A stretch of DNA of 64,000 nt from Vicugna vicugna. Lineage: Eukaryota. The notes under the pieces are model-generated. The model saw only the letters and a program-made list of their open reading frames with translations, was not told the DNA's origin and made no database searches. The stretch covers positions 964,244 to 1,028,243 of the forward strand of contig MU058252.1 of the NCBI GenBank assembly GCA_013265495.1, written 5' to 3'. The position numbers were made by a program, and so were the translations under genes. Numbering within the stretch: the first letter of the stretch is position 1; each line of letters starts with the position of its first letter. Of this stretch, positions 12,234 through 24,329 are shown piece after piece.

Positions 12234-12447
12234 CTTTAACTAAAATTTTAAATCTTATTTCCAGGAGAAATCACTGGTAAAGTTAACCTTGGAAAATGTG
12301 ATCAACACAGTTCTCTCTGCATTAGGCTGACCAGAAGAATAATTTTGACCTTTAGTGCCAGAAGGAAATTAAGCTGCTTGACTGAGCCAAAAACAATAAG
12401 TAGTCTTTCATTAAAGTGTGCCAGGCTTTGACGACGCATGAGGGAGG
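12234..12447 (-). pseudogene. Pseudo-exon (214 nt)
   Basis: ctttctttttcctgcatgcag| ... AAG|gtaagt; frameshifted; reads ERTVLITFSKVNFTSDFSWK. Confidence 0.45.
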
Positions 12448-12689
12448 CTGCATGCAGGAAAAAGAAAGTTAACTTTGGACGTTGAGGAGAACAAGGGGAA
12501 GATGCAAGTTGTCTTGTAGCTTTTAGTTTTTCCTAATGGATCGATAAAATTGCTGTGTGTTTAAAATATATGTATATGTTTCTTATTAAATCACAGCATC
12601 ACAGAGTATTATTAATAAAGGTGGTTTGGATTCACTCTGCTGGCTGTCCAGCTCTTATGTGGCTCAGAAGTTGAATGGGGAAAAAAAAT

Positions 12690-14520
12690 GGCTATAATTT
12701 ATTGAGTCCCGTCCCACATTTGGGGTTGCAAAATAGTGGTATTGTAATTCTACGGTTTAGTCAATTTTACTAAATATAATAATTTACAAGGGAAGTCATC
12801 CCTCTGTTTACTATTTGGGTGCCCAGTTGTTCTGTCCATGTGTGGAAGTTGGAATAATTGCTGGAGTCTCCTTTTGTTAGCTCAGTCTTCAAGATAATGC
12901 ATTAGTAGCCTGTCAACTGTCATTGAAGGTGATCAATTAATTTTTATGTAAATATGATTATGAGTCTTTGGACAAACATTTTGCATGTGTTTCAGTCCAC
13001 TGCAATTCCTGTCTTTATTAGGTCTTAAGTTGTCCGATCTCTGGCCAGTGGGAACTCCTGAGTCATTCTAGCATGGCCTTAATAATCTTCGATAATTCCT
13101 TGCTGTTTGGTATATCAAGATGTTCCAGACTCTTCTATTTCTACCTCCAATCCAGAATCAGCCATTTCTCCTAAAATCTCTGGTCCCTTTCAGTGGGGAA
13201 ACCATATGTCAGGGCTATCACCTGGAGGCTCGGGATGACCATGCATGGTGGTTGCTCGTTGGATTCAGATTTTATCAATGAAGAGAACTTTTCGGCACGT
13301 ATTTATAAATCTGCACTTCCTTAAGATTTCTCTCTCTCTTTCATCTATCTTGAATTCATACAGAATTTAGAGTTCAAATTGAGAACAAGATTTTCACTTA
13401 ACCACTTCTGTATTCCATCTCTGCCTTCTTTCTCCCACACTGAGAATCCTGGTTCTCAGCAACATGGGCAGTGATAGAATTTAAATCTCCCATAATTCTT
13501 TGCCTTATGCCACATTACATGTACTACAGCTTCAGAACTACGTACTAATGCTCCATATTAATTATGATTATCAAAAACACTGTCTGCATTTGCTCTCTCA
13601 ACTCTCCATTTATTATGATTATACTACTTTCATATAGTCATCACATTCTCTAGTCTCTCCTTTTTAACACCCATTTATCTTAGTTTTACAAGTAACTGTA
13701 CACTAATGATCATCACTAGTTCTTATGTTGATGTTTGCAGACGTTTAATTGTCTAAAACTCATTTTCTGGTAGATTCCTTAGAAAGACTTCAAAGGGATC
13801 ATATTTCCTGAGTTCTTACACGCTGATAAGAATGTTTCTCTTTACATGTAAAAGTTTTTTTGCTCAGTATAAAATCTGTGGCTTCCATCTTTCCTTGAAT
13901 ATTGCAAGTATATTACTCTTGCTGCATAAAGTATTGCTACTAAAGAGCCTGATGATAACTCAGAATTCTCTACAAGTCACTTTCTCTTTCTTATCTAGAG
14001 ACTCCAGGTTTATTTCTTCTTTTTCCTGAAAGTTTGTAATTTCACTAGAGTGTGCTTTGGGGTTGATCTTTGTGGGTCAGGATTCCCAGATACACTATGT
14101 TCTCTTTCAACACATGGTTTTTAATTCTTTGTTATTTTAGAAACGTTTTTCTTGAATTATAGTTTCTAGTATTTGTCCTGATCCCTTGCTTTGTTTTTCT
14201 TCTTCAGGGACTTCCGTTAGTCATGTGTTGGATCGTCTTTGTCTATCTTCAATATTGGTCACAATGTTGGATCTTTTTACTTTTTTCTTGATCCTTTTTC
14301 AATTTTTAAATTTCCCTTCTTTTCCCTTCTACTTTTATTTTTGACATTGTTGCCTTTATTTGTTGTGTTTCTTCAAGTGTAAGCTTCATTTCTAAGGTTT
14401 TTTTCTTCTATTTCTAGTCCTTTTTAAAATTTCTGTCAGCTCATTTCTGAGATTTTCCAGTTTTGATGTGTGTTGTTGTTTTTCATCTTGTTTCACTTTC
14501 TTGACATCTTTTAGCTTTTT
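12690..14520 (-). mobile_element. Old L1 (L1M-type) fragments
   Basis: T-rich antisense L1-like sequence (tcttcttcagggacttccgttagtcatgtgttggatc). Confidence 0.6.
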
Positions 14521-14523
14521 TGG

Positions 14524-15144
14524 AATAACCTTCAAAGATAGCCCCCAAGAGTCTGGCCACATGGCCATATGTCTTGTATAGTCCCCTTCCCTTGAGTGTG
14601 GCAGAACCTGTGAGTATAAAGGGATATTGTTCCCCCTGATTAGGTTACATTACATGGCACAGGTTAGAATATTTTTCAGATATAGTTCAGATCCCTAATG
14701 AGTTAGCTTTAAGTTAGTGAAGAGAGAGAGTATTCTGGATGGGCCTGACCTAATCAGGAGACTATTTAAATGTGAATCTAGAGGTCAGAGTCCGAAAAAT
14801 CAGAGAGATTCAAAGAGGTAGAGAACTCTCCTATTGTCCTTGAAAAAGCATACTGCAGCCTGGTGGAGAGGGCCAGTAGCTGGGAACAACAGGCAGACTC
14901 TAGGAGCCAAAGGTCTTAAGGACCCTAAGGAACTGAATCCCACTAGCAAGCAGTGAGCATGGAGAAAGACCCTAAGCCTCAGATAAGATCACAGCCCCAG
15001 CCAGTACCTTGATTTCCGCCTCATAAGACCCTGAGCAGAGGACCAGCTGACCTGTGCTTGGACTCCTGGCCCACGGAAACTGGCAGATAACAAACATGTC
15101 CTAAGCTGCTCGGTCTGGTCTCGCGTCAGTAGAGAACAAACACA
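14524..15144 (+). mobile_element. MLT1 (E-like) LTR
   Basis: tattctggatgggcctgacctaatc...cagccccagccagtaccttgattt...gaccctgagcagagga. Confidence 0.75.
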
Positions 15145-15352
15145 GCACGTTGCAGTTTTGCCCCGTTCCATGGGCGTGTCTTTCCGATGCTCTTTCACTG
15201 TGTGTGGATGTTTTTCTAGTCCTTTTCTTCTTTCTCTAAATAGTAACTTTTGTATGAGATTTGACTTTGATATTTTTCTGCTGTTAATTTTTATATGAAG
15301 TCAGTTTTCCTGAAATTTTATGAGAAAGCTTTGTGCTAGTAGCTTTAAAAAA

Positions 15353-15484
15353 TTTTTTTTTAATTTTTGGGGGCAAGAGGTGATTAAGTTTTATGTATTT
15401 ATTTTTTGGAGGAGGTACAGGAGATTGAACCCAGGACCTTGTGCATGCTAATCATGCGCTCTACCACTGACCTATACCCTCCCC
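15353..15484 (-). mobile_element. Camelid tRNA-derived SINE (Vic-1-like)
   Basis: Reverse complement of the A/B-box head plus A-rich tail. Confidence 0.9.
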
Positions 15485-16264
15485 ACAAAAAAAAATCATA
15501 CCAGAGACCCTTCTGTTGTTTTCATGTAGCAGCCTGCTGATGGCATTTATTGGCTTAGTTCTCGATTATCTGGATGTTTTCTTTTCTTCATTTCTGTTAC
15601 CCTGTGCTTCTCAATCTTGATTTTACTCCAAGCAATTTCTCCTCCATGTGGGGCCCCATCCAGGAAGGGAGTCCAGGTGGGCCATTTTTAAGAGTGCACG
15701 GGATTGGACTAATCCAGCCCTTTGAGGCTTTACTGCAGGACACTCACATTCTCTGCTGAAATGGTCAAAACTTCTACTTTCAGCCACTGTCTGCAGATGG
15801 GTCTGCGGGCTTCTACCTGCTGTTCTGTTAGGCACCCCATCACTCCTCTGCGCTCTCCCATGCAGATGCTCATACCGTCCAGGCCTCATGGCTTTAGTGG
15901 TTTGTCCTGGCTGCTTGTATTTAGGGGTTTATGAAGATACCTGGGCACCTAATTATCTGATGAATATTGTGTGTGGGGGTTTGTGTTTCCGATCCAGCTG
16001 TAGTTTCTTGGGAATTTGGGGAGATCCAAAGACACACCTCTCCCAAGAATTCTCCCGCTATCTCCTTTTTATAGCCTGGGAAAACTGGATTCCCAGAGTG
16101 GGTAACTAATCTGTGTTAGGTACACGGCTAGTGAGTGCAGAAGCCAGCATTTGAACCCGCTTCTAATTTCAGAGCCCTTATTTTTTTTCCCATCACATTT
16201 TGTTTAAAAACCACTTTTACTGTAGCAGCTCCCAGCTTTAAAACCTGACTGGGTTTCCCGTCAC

Positions 16265-16984
16265 CTAAAGCAACCAGCCTGGAGCCCACCAGCATCCGAG
16301 GCTCTGCCCTGCATGCGCAGCCGCCCGGCTCTGCTCCCTGAAGCGCAGCCCCTGGTCTGGCCCGGAAAGGCAACTCCATTCCCTCCCAATCGGTTCCTCT
16401 TACTCGTCCTTTACCTCGTCTTCAAACTCCAGGTGAACTGCCCCTCTAATCAGCTGCTAGTGACTCTAGTAGTTTCTGGTGTTTTATTCACGATTTTGGA
16501 GGTGGTGTGACCGAGCAGGACCATATGGGGCCTTCCTGGGCAGACCCGTCCCCATGCCCCCGCTGCAGCCCTTCTCTGAAGGGCTCAGATCATAGTAGCA
16601 CATGCCTGTTCCCTGAGTTTTTCAGATGCTAAAAGTCACCACCAAATGGAAGAAATCAACTATTTGATGATCATGAGCACGTGGCCCCCAGACCTCCTGG
16701 CGCCTAAGGATCGGTCACCGTCAACCAGTCAGGGAATTGCGCACAACTGGTCACATGCTCTGGCCGCCTCTCCCTCAGCTGGCCTCTGAAAATGCTCAGC
16801 TGAAACCTGTCAGGGAGTTTGCGGTTTGGGGGCCACGAGCCACCCACTCTCCTTGCTCAGCCCAGCAACAAACCCTCCTCTGCTCCGGGCTCCAACATTT
16901 TGCTGTTTTTGGCCCCACTGTGTGTGGGGCACACGAACTTGCGTCCATCAGCAGTGGTATTTGGAGGCCTCAACCTGTGCTTTT
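16265..16984 (-). pseudogene. Pseudo-exon (~268 nt native) split by a solo LTR
   Basis: Phase-1 frame reads across the LTR junction as RPPNT|TSKIVNKTPETTRVTSS; donor GTGACG. Confidence 0.4.
16506..16953 (+). mobile_element. ERV1-class solo LTR, copy 1
   Basis: TG...CA ends, 4-bp TSD GTGG, homologous to 27451-27890. Confidence 0.9.
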
Positions 16985-16994
16985 CTGTACCTCC

Positions 16995-17387
16995 CTGTGT
17001 TTGTTTTCTGAAACTGCCACAAACCGGGTGGCTTAAAATAACAGACATTTATTGTCTCATAGCTGTGAAGCCTCGAATCCTGAAACTGGCATGCCGGCAG
17101 GGCTGTGCTCCCTCTGACACCTGCAGGGGAGCCCTCCTCACTTCTCCCCGGCCTCTGGGGCTTTCTAGAGATCTTGGCTTGTGGGTGCGTCACCCCCAGT
17201 CCTTGTCTTCACATGGCCGTCTTCTCATAAGGACACGAGTCACATTGGATCAGGGGCCAGCCTTACCCCAGGGTGACATCTTAACTAATCACATCTGCAG
17301 TGACCCTGTTTCCAAATAAGGTCACATTCTGAGGTAGGGGGTTAGGACTGCAGCATATCTTTTGAGGGGCACGATTCACCCCACAAC
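16995..17387 (-). mobile_element. MLT1 (B/C-like) LTR
   Basis: gggtggcttaaaataacagacatttatt...tttccaaataaggtcacattctgagg. Confidence 0.85.
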
Positions 17388-17539
17388 ACTCTCCTTCCGC
17401 CTTTCCTTCCACCCACTAGGGAGGGGACCTGTCTTTTCACTTTGTGTGTCAAGGGAGGAATGGAAGAGTGCGGGAAGAGAAAACTTGGAATGGTTAGGAT
17501 GCGATAGGATGTCTTAGCCAGAAGCAGAGAGCACACAAA

Positions 17540-17784
17540 GGCTTCCCCTCCAGAGTTGAAAGAGGTAATTTCCTAAGCAGCGTGGCCTGGGAGGTAGCAA
17601 GGTCCCAGAAGGGGAGGGGCCGCATGGTGCTTGAGATGGAAGGGGTCACTCTCGCCTGGCGCCCTGGATCAGTCACAGCCAGAAAGCCACAGAGCGCGCT
17701 GGGTCTGAAGGCCATGCCCACTGACCGGAGAGCATGTCCCAGTCCTTTCCTGGGCCTCGGTGTGCTCAGAACTGTGTATGGCAC
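17540..17784 (-). pseudogene. Pseudo-exon, S/T-rich; 3' boundary uncertain
   Basis: ccttgtttttcccactaacacgctag| GAIHSSEHTEAQ / VTPSISSTMRPLP. Confidence 0.45.
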
Positions 17785-18068
17785 CTAGCGTGTTAGTGGG
17801 AAAAACAAGGAATCTGAAGGAGACTGGATACCAGGGTACAGGCCCTGGTTCCATCATGCGAGCCAGACACACGGGCCTCAGCATCGGCCCCTAAACCACG
17901 CAGAGAAGAAGCATCAAAATCACTTTCTGGGAGAATGAAATAAATGAGGTTCCCAGTGTGCCCAGCCCTGGGAGGGCTTCATAAACTGTATTGCCTTTCT
18001 CCCCTGCTCCCTCTCTGAGCCTCAGTTACTTAATCCGTAAAATGGGGATCACAAAATCTTACCACGGT

Positions 18069-18133
18069 GGGGAGGGCGTAGCTCGGTGGTGGAGCGCGTG
18101 GTTAGCCTGCACAAGGTCCTGGGTCACCCGGCA
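18069..18133 (+). mobile_element. Camelid SINE head (truncated)
   Basis: ggggagggcgtagctcggtggtggagcgcg...aaggtcctggg. Confidence 0.8.
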
Positions 18134-18157
18134 GCAACGGCTGTCTTGTCGACATAC

Positions 18158-18469
18158 TCCTCCAGCCTTCCTGGACCAGGGAATCTAGAGGACGTTGGCC
18201 CGCCTCCCAGGGACTCCTCGGGCAGCCCTCAGCTGCGTCCACTCTGTCATCCCATCTGGCGTGACACAGTCCACCAGGGTGTCCCCATTGTTCGTGATGC
18301 CCTCCATGGCGGGTGCCTGGTCTGAGGACTGTCATGTTCCTGCGAGGCTGGGAGCAGCCACAGCCCAAGTCCTGCTCCCTTCGGCCCTTGCTCGTGTCTC
18401 TGGTCCGGTGGTTCACAGTGCTGTGGGGTGGGCTTGAGTGTATCCAGAACCCACACCTGCTCTGGTTGT
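18158..18469 (-). pseudogene. Pseudo-exon (312 nt, phase 1-1, open)
   Basis: gccttcag| DNQSRCGFWIHSSPP... |gtatgt. Confidence 0.55.
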
Positions 18470-19358
18470 CTGAAGGCGCATGCACGCATCAGACAGTCAG
18501 CAAGACTTGTGAAAAGCACGTCTGTGTGCGAGGCCCACGGGAGGAGCTGAGGGGACTCTGAGGAAGCACTGCCTTTCATGGAACCCAAGACTTGATGGAT
18601 TGTGTGCACATCAGCGTCTTATTTACTGGCGAGAAAGAAAGGCCCTGGTGGTTAAACTGACGTTTATCGATTGTAAGATGTGTCCTGATTTCAGGGTTGT
18701 TAAAATGCCAAGAGAAGCTGTGATGAAATATTACACAGGCACCAGGTCTCCTTTTAAAGAGCTATAATCTTCTCGGGAAGAAACAACACAAGCACACACT
18801 CACAAGCTGGTGACTCTCAGAGGAAGGGCAGGGATTTAGATGCTTGCTGAGGCTAGGAGTGGTTGTTGGTGGTTGGGTCTTGAAGTCTGGGTTGGACCAG
18901 TACCATCCAGGTGGAGCTGAGGAGGGCCACGGAGAGGAGAGGAGAGGTGCGGACTCAGGCAGAGCAGTGGCGTGAAGGTAGGAAGGTGTCCGAGACAGAG
19001 GAACAGGAAACGATACAGCGGGAAGGGAGCCTCACTTCCAGGTGCCAGTCATCCCTGAGGAGCTTAGGGCTCATCCTTTAAGCCATGGGAGCCAGAGACA
19101 GTTTTAGAGCAGGGGAGGGCCACACTGAGCAGTCCTGTGGGAATCTGGCAGGATACGTGGAAGGATAGGGGGCAGGCGGGGGACCGGTTTCAGAGACAAC
19201 GTCAGAAGTCCAGCAGGCACGCAGCGGAGAGATGAACAGCTGTGTGCAGTGAAAAGGAAGGAATGAAGGGAAAGTCGTACAGAAAAATAAACGAGCAGGA
19301 CTTGCTTGGGAACAGGACTGGGTGTGGACGTGAAGGTGCAGAGTAAGGGACTCCTGGC

Positions 19359-19478
19359 GGGGAGGGCATAGCTCAGCAGTAGAGCGCAAGGTCCTGGGTT
19401 CCATCCCCAGTGCCTCCACTAAAGTAAATAAATAAATAACCCCCCCAAAAAGAAACCAAACAAACAAAGAATACAAAA
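19359..19478 (+). mobile_element. Camelid SINE with 18-bp TSD
   Basis: Perfect TSD cagagtaagggactcctg at 19339-19356 and 19479-19496. Confidence 0.92.
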
Positions 19479-19554
19479 CAGAGTAAGGGACTCCTGAGGC
19501 CCTATTTCTCGCCACCAGCCTTCTTGATCAGAACAAAAGAAAGCCCGCACCTAC

Positions 19555-19831
19555 CTGGTGACAAGGCGCCCACGGCCACTCCAGGCTGAATCCTATTACG
19601 GTTGCCATAGTTTTCTCATCCACAAAGTGCTTTCAGTGATCCTGACATCTCTGGCGATACTATACCGGAGACTAAAAGTCCATCCTGTTATTGTAAGTAT
19701 CTGAGACATTTCATAAATAACGTCATTCGGTTTTGCAGCCTTCCCATATAGTAAAGCAAGGGCAAGCTTTACTCTCTGCCCATTGAGAAGTAAAATGACC
19801 TTTATAAAAATTACGTAAGTCAGAAGCAAAC
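19555..19831 (-). pseudogene. Pseudo-exon (277 nt), possible Ig-like remnant
   Basis: atttattcccag| ... CAG|gtaggt; long open phase-1 frame; alternate frame reads NVSDTYNNRMDF. Confidence 0.5.
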
Positions 19832-19953
19832 CTGGGAATAAATCCAAGGTTCCCTGATTCGACATTTAAATAGAAGGGTGTATATTTGCTGTAGCCCTTG
19901 GCGCTGTCGATAAAACAGAACAGAGTACTGTGTACCTGTTAAGAACCCCGTAC

Positions 19954-20231
19954 ACTCTAGGCAGTGACCCAGGAGAGAGGGTTTATTCACGGGAGCGGAG
20001 TATCCTTGTGGAGAGATTCCACAGCCATCGCTGATGCTGTGGGCAGGGGGTGGGCTGGACGTGCCGTGGGCAGAGCTGGCCACCAGACGCGGCAGTGGTG
20101 CCCTGGATGGTATCCAGCCTTGGGTTTTATCGTGTTGGTTTTGGAGGCTCTCAGAGAAAGCACTTCTTGAGGTCAGAGTCCAGGGGAAACACCGTACAAG
20201 CAGTTTTTTCTTTCTTGTTCTTCAAATGAAA
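19954..20231 (-). pseudogene. Pseudo-exon (278 nt), S/P-rich
   Basis: tacag| ... |gtacgg; reads VASSAHGTSSPPPAHSISDG. Confidence 0.45.
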
Positions 20232-20453
20232 CTGTACACTCAAGGGTAAGTCTGGTGGTTCCATAGTATCTATTCCGAGTGGACTCTTTCCATTGGTGTC
20301 CAAATACACGTTGAGAACCTTCTATGTAACAGAGCCCAGATCTGGTCTAGGGGGTGGAGATGCCACAGAAAAAACCTGAGTCTGTCCTCAAGAAGCATCA
20401 TTCAGTAAAGGGAGAAGAGCTGAGGGAAATAAACAAGTAAAGAGGACATGTCC

Positions 20454-20553
20454 ATGGTCCAGGGGAGGACTGATGGTCTAGGGGAGGAGTGATGGTCCAG
20501 GCAAGGGGTGATGGTGCAGGGGAGGGGTGATGGTCCACACGAAGGATGATGGG
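20454..20553. repeat. G-rich 19-bp minisatellite, ~5 copies
   Basis: Unit atggtccaggggaggactg repeated with variants. Confidence 0.9.
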
Positions 20554-20664
20554 TCACTTGAGGGATAATGGTGGCCTGGATGAAGGTTTTAGCGTTAAAG
20601 ATGGTAGAGCTAAGACAGGAGAAAACTTAGTGAGCTCAGGCTTAGAAATTGTATGGATAGTTAC

Positions 20665-22783
20665 CCAGGGAAAGAGTGTAGACAGAGAAGAAGCCTGATG
20701 GATACAGAGCTTTGGGTCCAGATGCCGGGAGGATGGAGAGGAGGAGACGCTGCGTGGAGAGGAGGGAGGGGAGAGCCTGGCAAGGGCTGTCTCTGGTCAG
20801 GGGAGACGCTGCTCTCGTGAAGGAAGGACCAGCCGCGCCACAACTGCTGAGAGGTGAGCAACAGATTGGCTTTTCAGTTTTGGAAATGTGGAAGTAATGA
20901 ACAACTTTAAAAAATAAAAGCTCTTTTCTGTGAAATGGCAGGGCAAAAGCACGAGTAGACTGGATTGAAGGCAAAGTCGGGGTGGCAACAAATAGAAACA
21001 GCAAGCAGAGACCTCTTTTTCTTGGCGACTTGGAAGTGGGCTGTGGAGATGGGGTCGGGGGGTGGGAAGGATGTGAGGTTGTGGGGAGTTTGTGTGAAGA
21101 TGGTGCAGCAGAGTCTAGGGGTCAGGGGGGCGGGTAGGCAGTGCAGGAGGGAAGGGGTGCCGCCAGGAGGGACGTCCCTGAGCTTGTGAGGGACGGGCAT
21201 CCGGTGTACTTGGGGAGGGATGGCTTCAGAGTGGAGCAGGGACAGGCCAATCACTGTGACGGATGTTTCTGGTGCAGACACGGGGACCTCATGGGACTGG
21301 TGTCCGGAAGATGGCAGGTTCTCATCTGATTACCCCTATCTCATCGATCAATTTCAATTTCGGTGAGAGGTGGGGGTGGGGGAGGGCCGCTGCAGGCTTT
21401 AGGAGGCGCGGTGGTGGTGAAGCCGCCGGCTGGGAGAGACGGGAGTGCGCGCACCAGCAGGGGTCAGGCTGCTCCGGTGCCTGGTGGAAATCGACCACCA
21501 GCGGCCTCGCCCACGACGTCTAGCAGCAGATGTTGGTGAGGGGTGGTTGCGTCTGATCCTAGCTGGGCTTCTGCAGAGAGAAATGAACAAGGGGAATTGG
21601 GAGTTCTTGAAGGAGCTGTTATAGTGAAATCTAGGCCCCGGGAGGCCGGAAGGAGGAGGATGGGGTGCGGGAAGCGGGGAGACAGGGCTGCGGACTAGAG
21701 GTCTCATCTGGGGGGGCGGGGGTTGCTGACCCGGGTCCAGGCCAGCAGGCTGTACTAGCAGGTGGCGGTCGGTGTGAGTGTGAGACTGAAGTTTCCAAAG
21801 TGGTGGGGTGTTTGGTTAAGTCGGGTGTTCGGCTGGGTGAGTGGGTGGCCGAGGTGGGATGTACTGAGGAGGTGAAGGACCTGGGAGGCCAGGGCAGCAC
21901 ACAGGCACCCAATGGGGTTGTATTAGTGCAGGAAAAACATGGCTTAGTTGATTTTTTCCCCCTAAAAGGCAGGAAATAAAAGCCAAAGGAAAGAAAGCCA
22001 ATCTTCATTGCGAGGATCTGAGGAGCCGAGGATCTGAGGAGCCAAGGACCCAGAGAAAAGGTGTCTGTAGGGAAGTAAGCCTGACGTTCGGTCCTGTCTT
22101 CCAGCTTCAGGACTTGAGGGGGAACAGATGGGGGTTATGACGGAAGCTAAATCCTGTGCCCATCGGGCAGGAGGGCCCAGGAAGCACTCGGGCTGGCTTG
22201 GAGAAAGGACCAGCAGAAATAGCCCATCCCGCTAATGTTTGAAATGCAATTTGAGATGAGAATGAGGTGAGCATTGAAGGGGTCAGACATTAACAGAAGG
22301 AAATGGTCAACAGAACAGGGGGCCCAGTAATCCACTAATATAACTGGTGAGAATGTGCTCCCAGCTTAAAATTTCTCAGGCCCTGCCAACTCTTCATTTT
22401 AAGCTGGGAGCAAATTTTCTCTTGTTTTATTTGATTGTTCAGCTTGCAATATAAAAACGTTTCACTGGATAAGAATTCCTTGGGTGAATCAAGGCTCTCC
22501 AAGAGGTGGATTGGTTAAATATTGAACAATAAATTATCTGTAGAAATTAGAGGCAAAAGTGACAAAATGTTTGTCTTGGCAAAGGGGCGGCTCCAGTCAC
22601 AATTCTGCTCCCGTCCCCTCTTGGCCACTCTGTCCTTTGGTTTCTTCCCACTTGTAATCTTAGCCTTTCCTTTATCGAGAACTTTGTTGACCTTTTTTTT
22701 CCCTCTTTTGTTTCCCTCTTTTTCTACCTCCATGCAATTGCCTGACAGATTCTCGGGTAATAACAGCCATTGAGAAAGAGACA
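20665..22783 (-). pseudogene. Giant PTS-rich pseudo-exon (~2.1 kb)
   Basis: ctaacag| phase-1 frame has 4 stops in ~235 codons (22783-22080). Downstream frames read SFTSSVHPTSATHSPSRTPDLTKHPTTLETSVS and VATPTLPSIQST. Phase-1 donor gtaact at 20664. Confidence 0.55.
22011..22042. repeat. 16-bp tandem duplication
   Basis: cgaggatctgaggagc x2. Confidence 0.9.
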
Positions 22784-24329
22784 CTGTTAGTACTTATGGG
22801 GTTGCAAGGATTAGAACCCCTGGGGGCAGTAAAACCCTGTAAGAAGTCCGGTGTCCCCACTCTGCAAGGAGGGAACTGAGGCACAGAGATATGCAGTGAT
22901 TTGCTTTTAAATCCTGGAAGTTTGGGAGCCAAGAGGCAAACCCGGGCCCTTTCCCGCCCCCTGGCTGCCTCACCCTCACGCTGGGCTGGCGCGGCCGACA
23001 GAGACAGGGATTCCCAGCGCTGAGCTGGGGTCCAGCCTTCCCTCCACTGGCATGTCATTCACTCACTTTCTGTCCAGCAAAGACTTATTGAGGACTGTTC
23101 TGTGCTGGGAGCTGGGAACTTAAGAGAGGAAGGGACAAACGAGATCACGGTCTCAGAAGGAGGAGGACAGCTGGAGGAAGGAACCCTGGGGCTCGGCAGC
23201 AGACTTGTCACCACACCTAAGGGTAGCAGGAGAAGCCCTGGAACAGCCCAGATGCCACCTAAGAGAAGAGCTCACTGTCACGGCCAGATCACAGAACAGT
23301 AGCCATTTAAAGTGATGTTCCTGGAGACAGGAAAAAAATGTTCACGCCATGATGCTCGGTGAAAAAGGGCAGCTGCAAAAACTGAACCTAAGGTCTGATA
23401 GCAGTGCTGGGTTTTGTAAACCACAATTCTACTAGAGGTTATCTGATGCACTGAACACCTTCCATTGGCCCCTAGATCATCTCTCCACCTGCTCTGTGCC
23501 CGGAGGCTGACCTGTGTGGGCCCCTTGACCTCTGACTTCCAGTTGGCTTTGCCCAGTGGAAGGCAATTGGGTGGAAGGAGGAGAGCGAAGTGGGGAGTAT
23601 GTGCCACCCAGCCTGGCTGGGACCTCCACCCCCAGCTCCTACAGATTCTGTTAATGGCCACCCTGCACCTCATCAGGCTGGGGAGTAAAGGTGCCTTGGG
23701 TCACCCACTCCAGGGCCCTGCACCTCTTTTGGGGCTTCACACCCTTGTAAATGGGCCGTGATTAATCTCTCCTCACATGACCCACATTGTGGGAGCCAAC
23801 TGGTTTGCAGGTCATTTTTGTTCTTCTCTCATATGTTTTGCTAGTTTTCTATAATAGGCACCTTCTGGGGCACCTGTCAACTCAGGACTCCCCATTTTCT
23901 CTGAGAACTAGTGTCCACACTGGGGCACAGGGGTGACCCACAGCTGAGTGCGCTGGAGTGGAGACCTAGGGCAGCTGGGCCAGCAGATGCTGTGTACCGG
24001 AGTGCCCAGGCGGGACTGGAGAAAGGCTGGCCGACCCTGTGGACGGACATCCTGGGGACGAGGAAAGAGGGATGAGAGAAATAAGTGGGTCAAGGGATGG
24101 CCCTGGACCCTAATGTCCTCGCAGATCCCAGTTCCAGTCCTTCGGAATACCTGGCATCAAAGCTGCCTTTGAAGTCCTTGACCCCAGCCCTATAGCCTTG
24201 TAATAACCCCCCCCCTTTTTTTTTAGCATAAGTCAGCTTGAAATAACTTCTGTCACTTGGAACCAAAAAACTCCCGAATACTGCAACCATGAATTACTTT
24301 CATGATTATAAAGTACCTACAAAAGACGT

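Noticed and set aside
20454..20553. CRISPR-like array
   Set aside because: Tandem units with no spacers, in a mammalian context.
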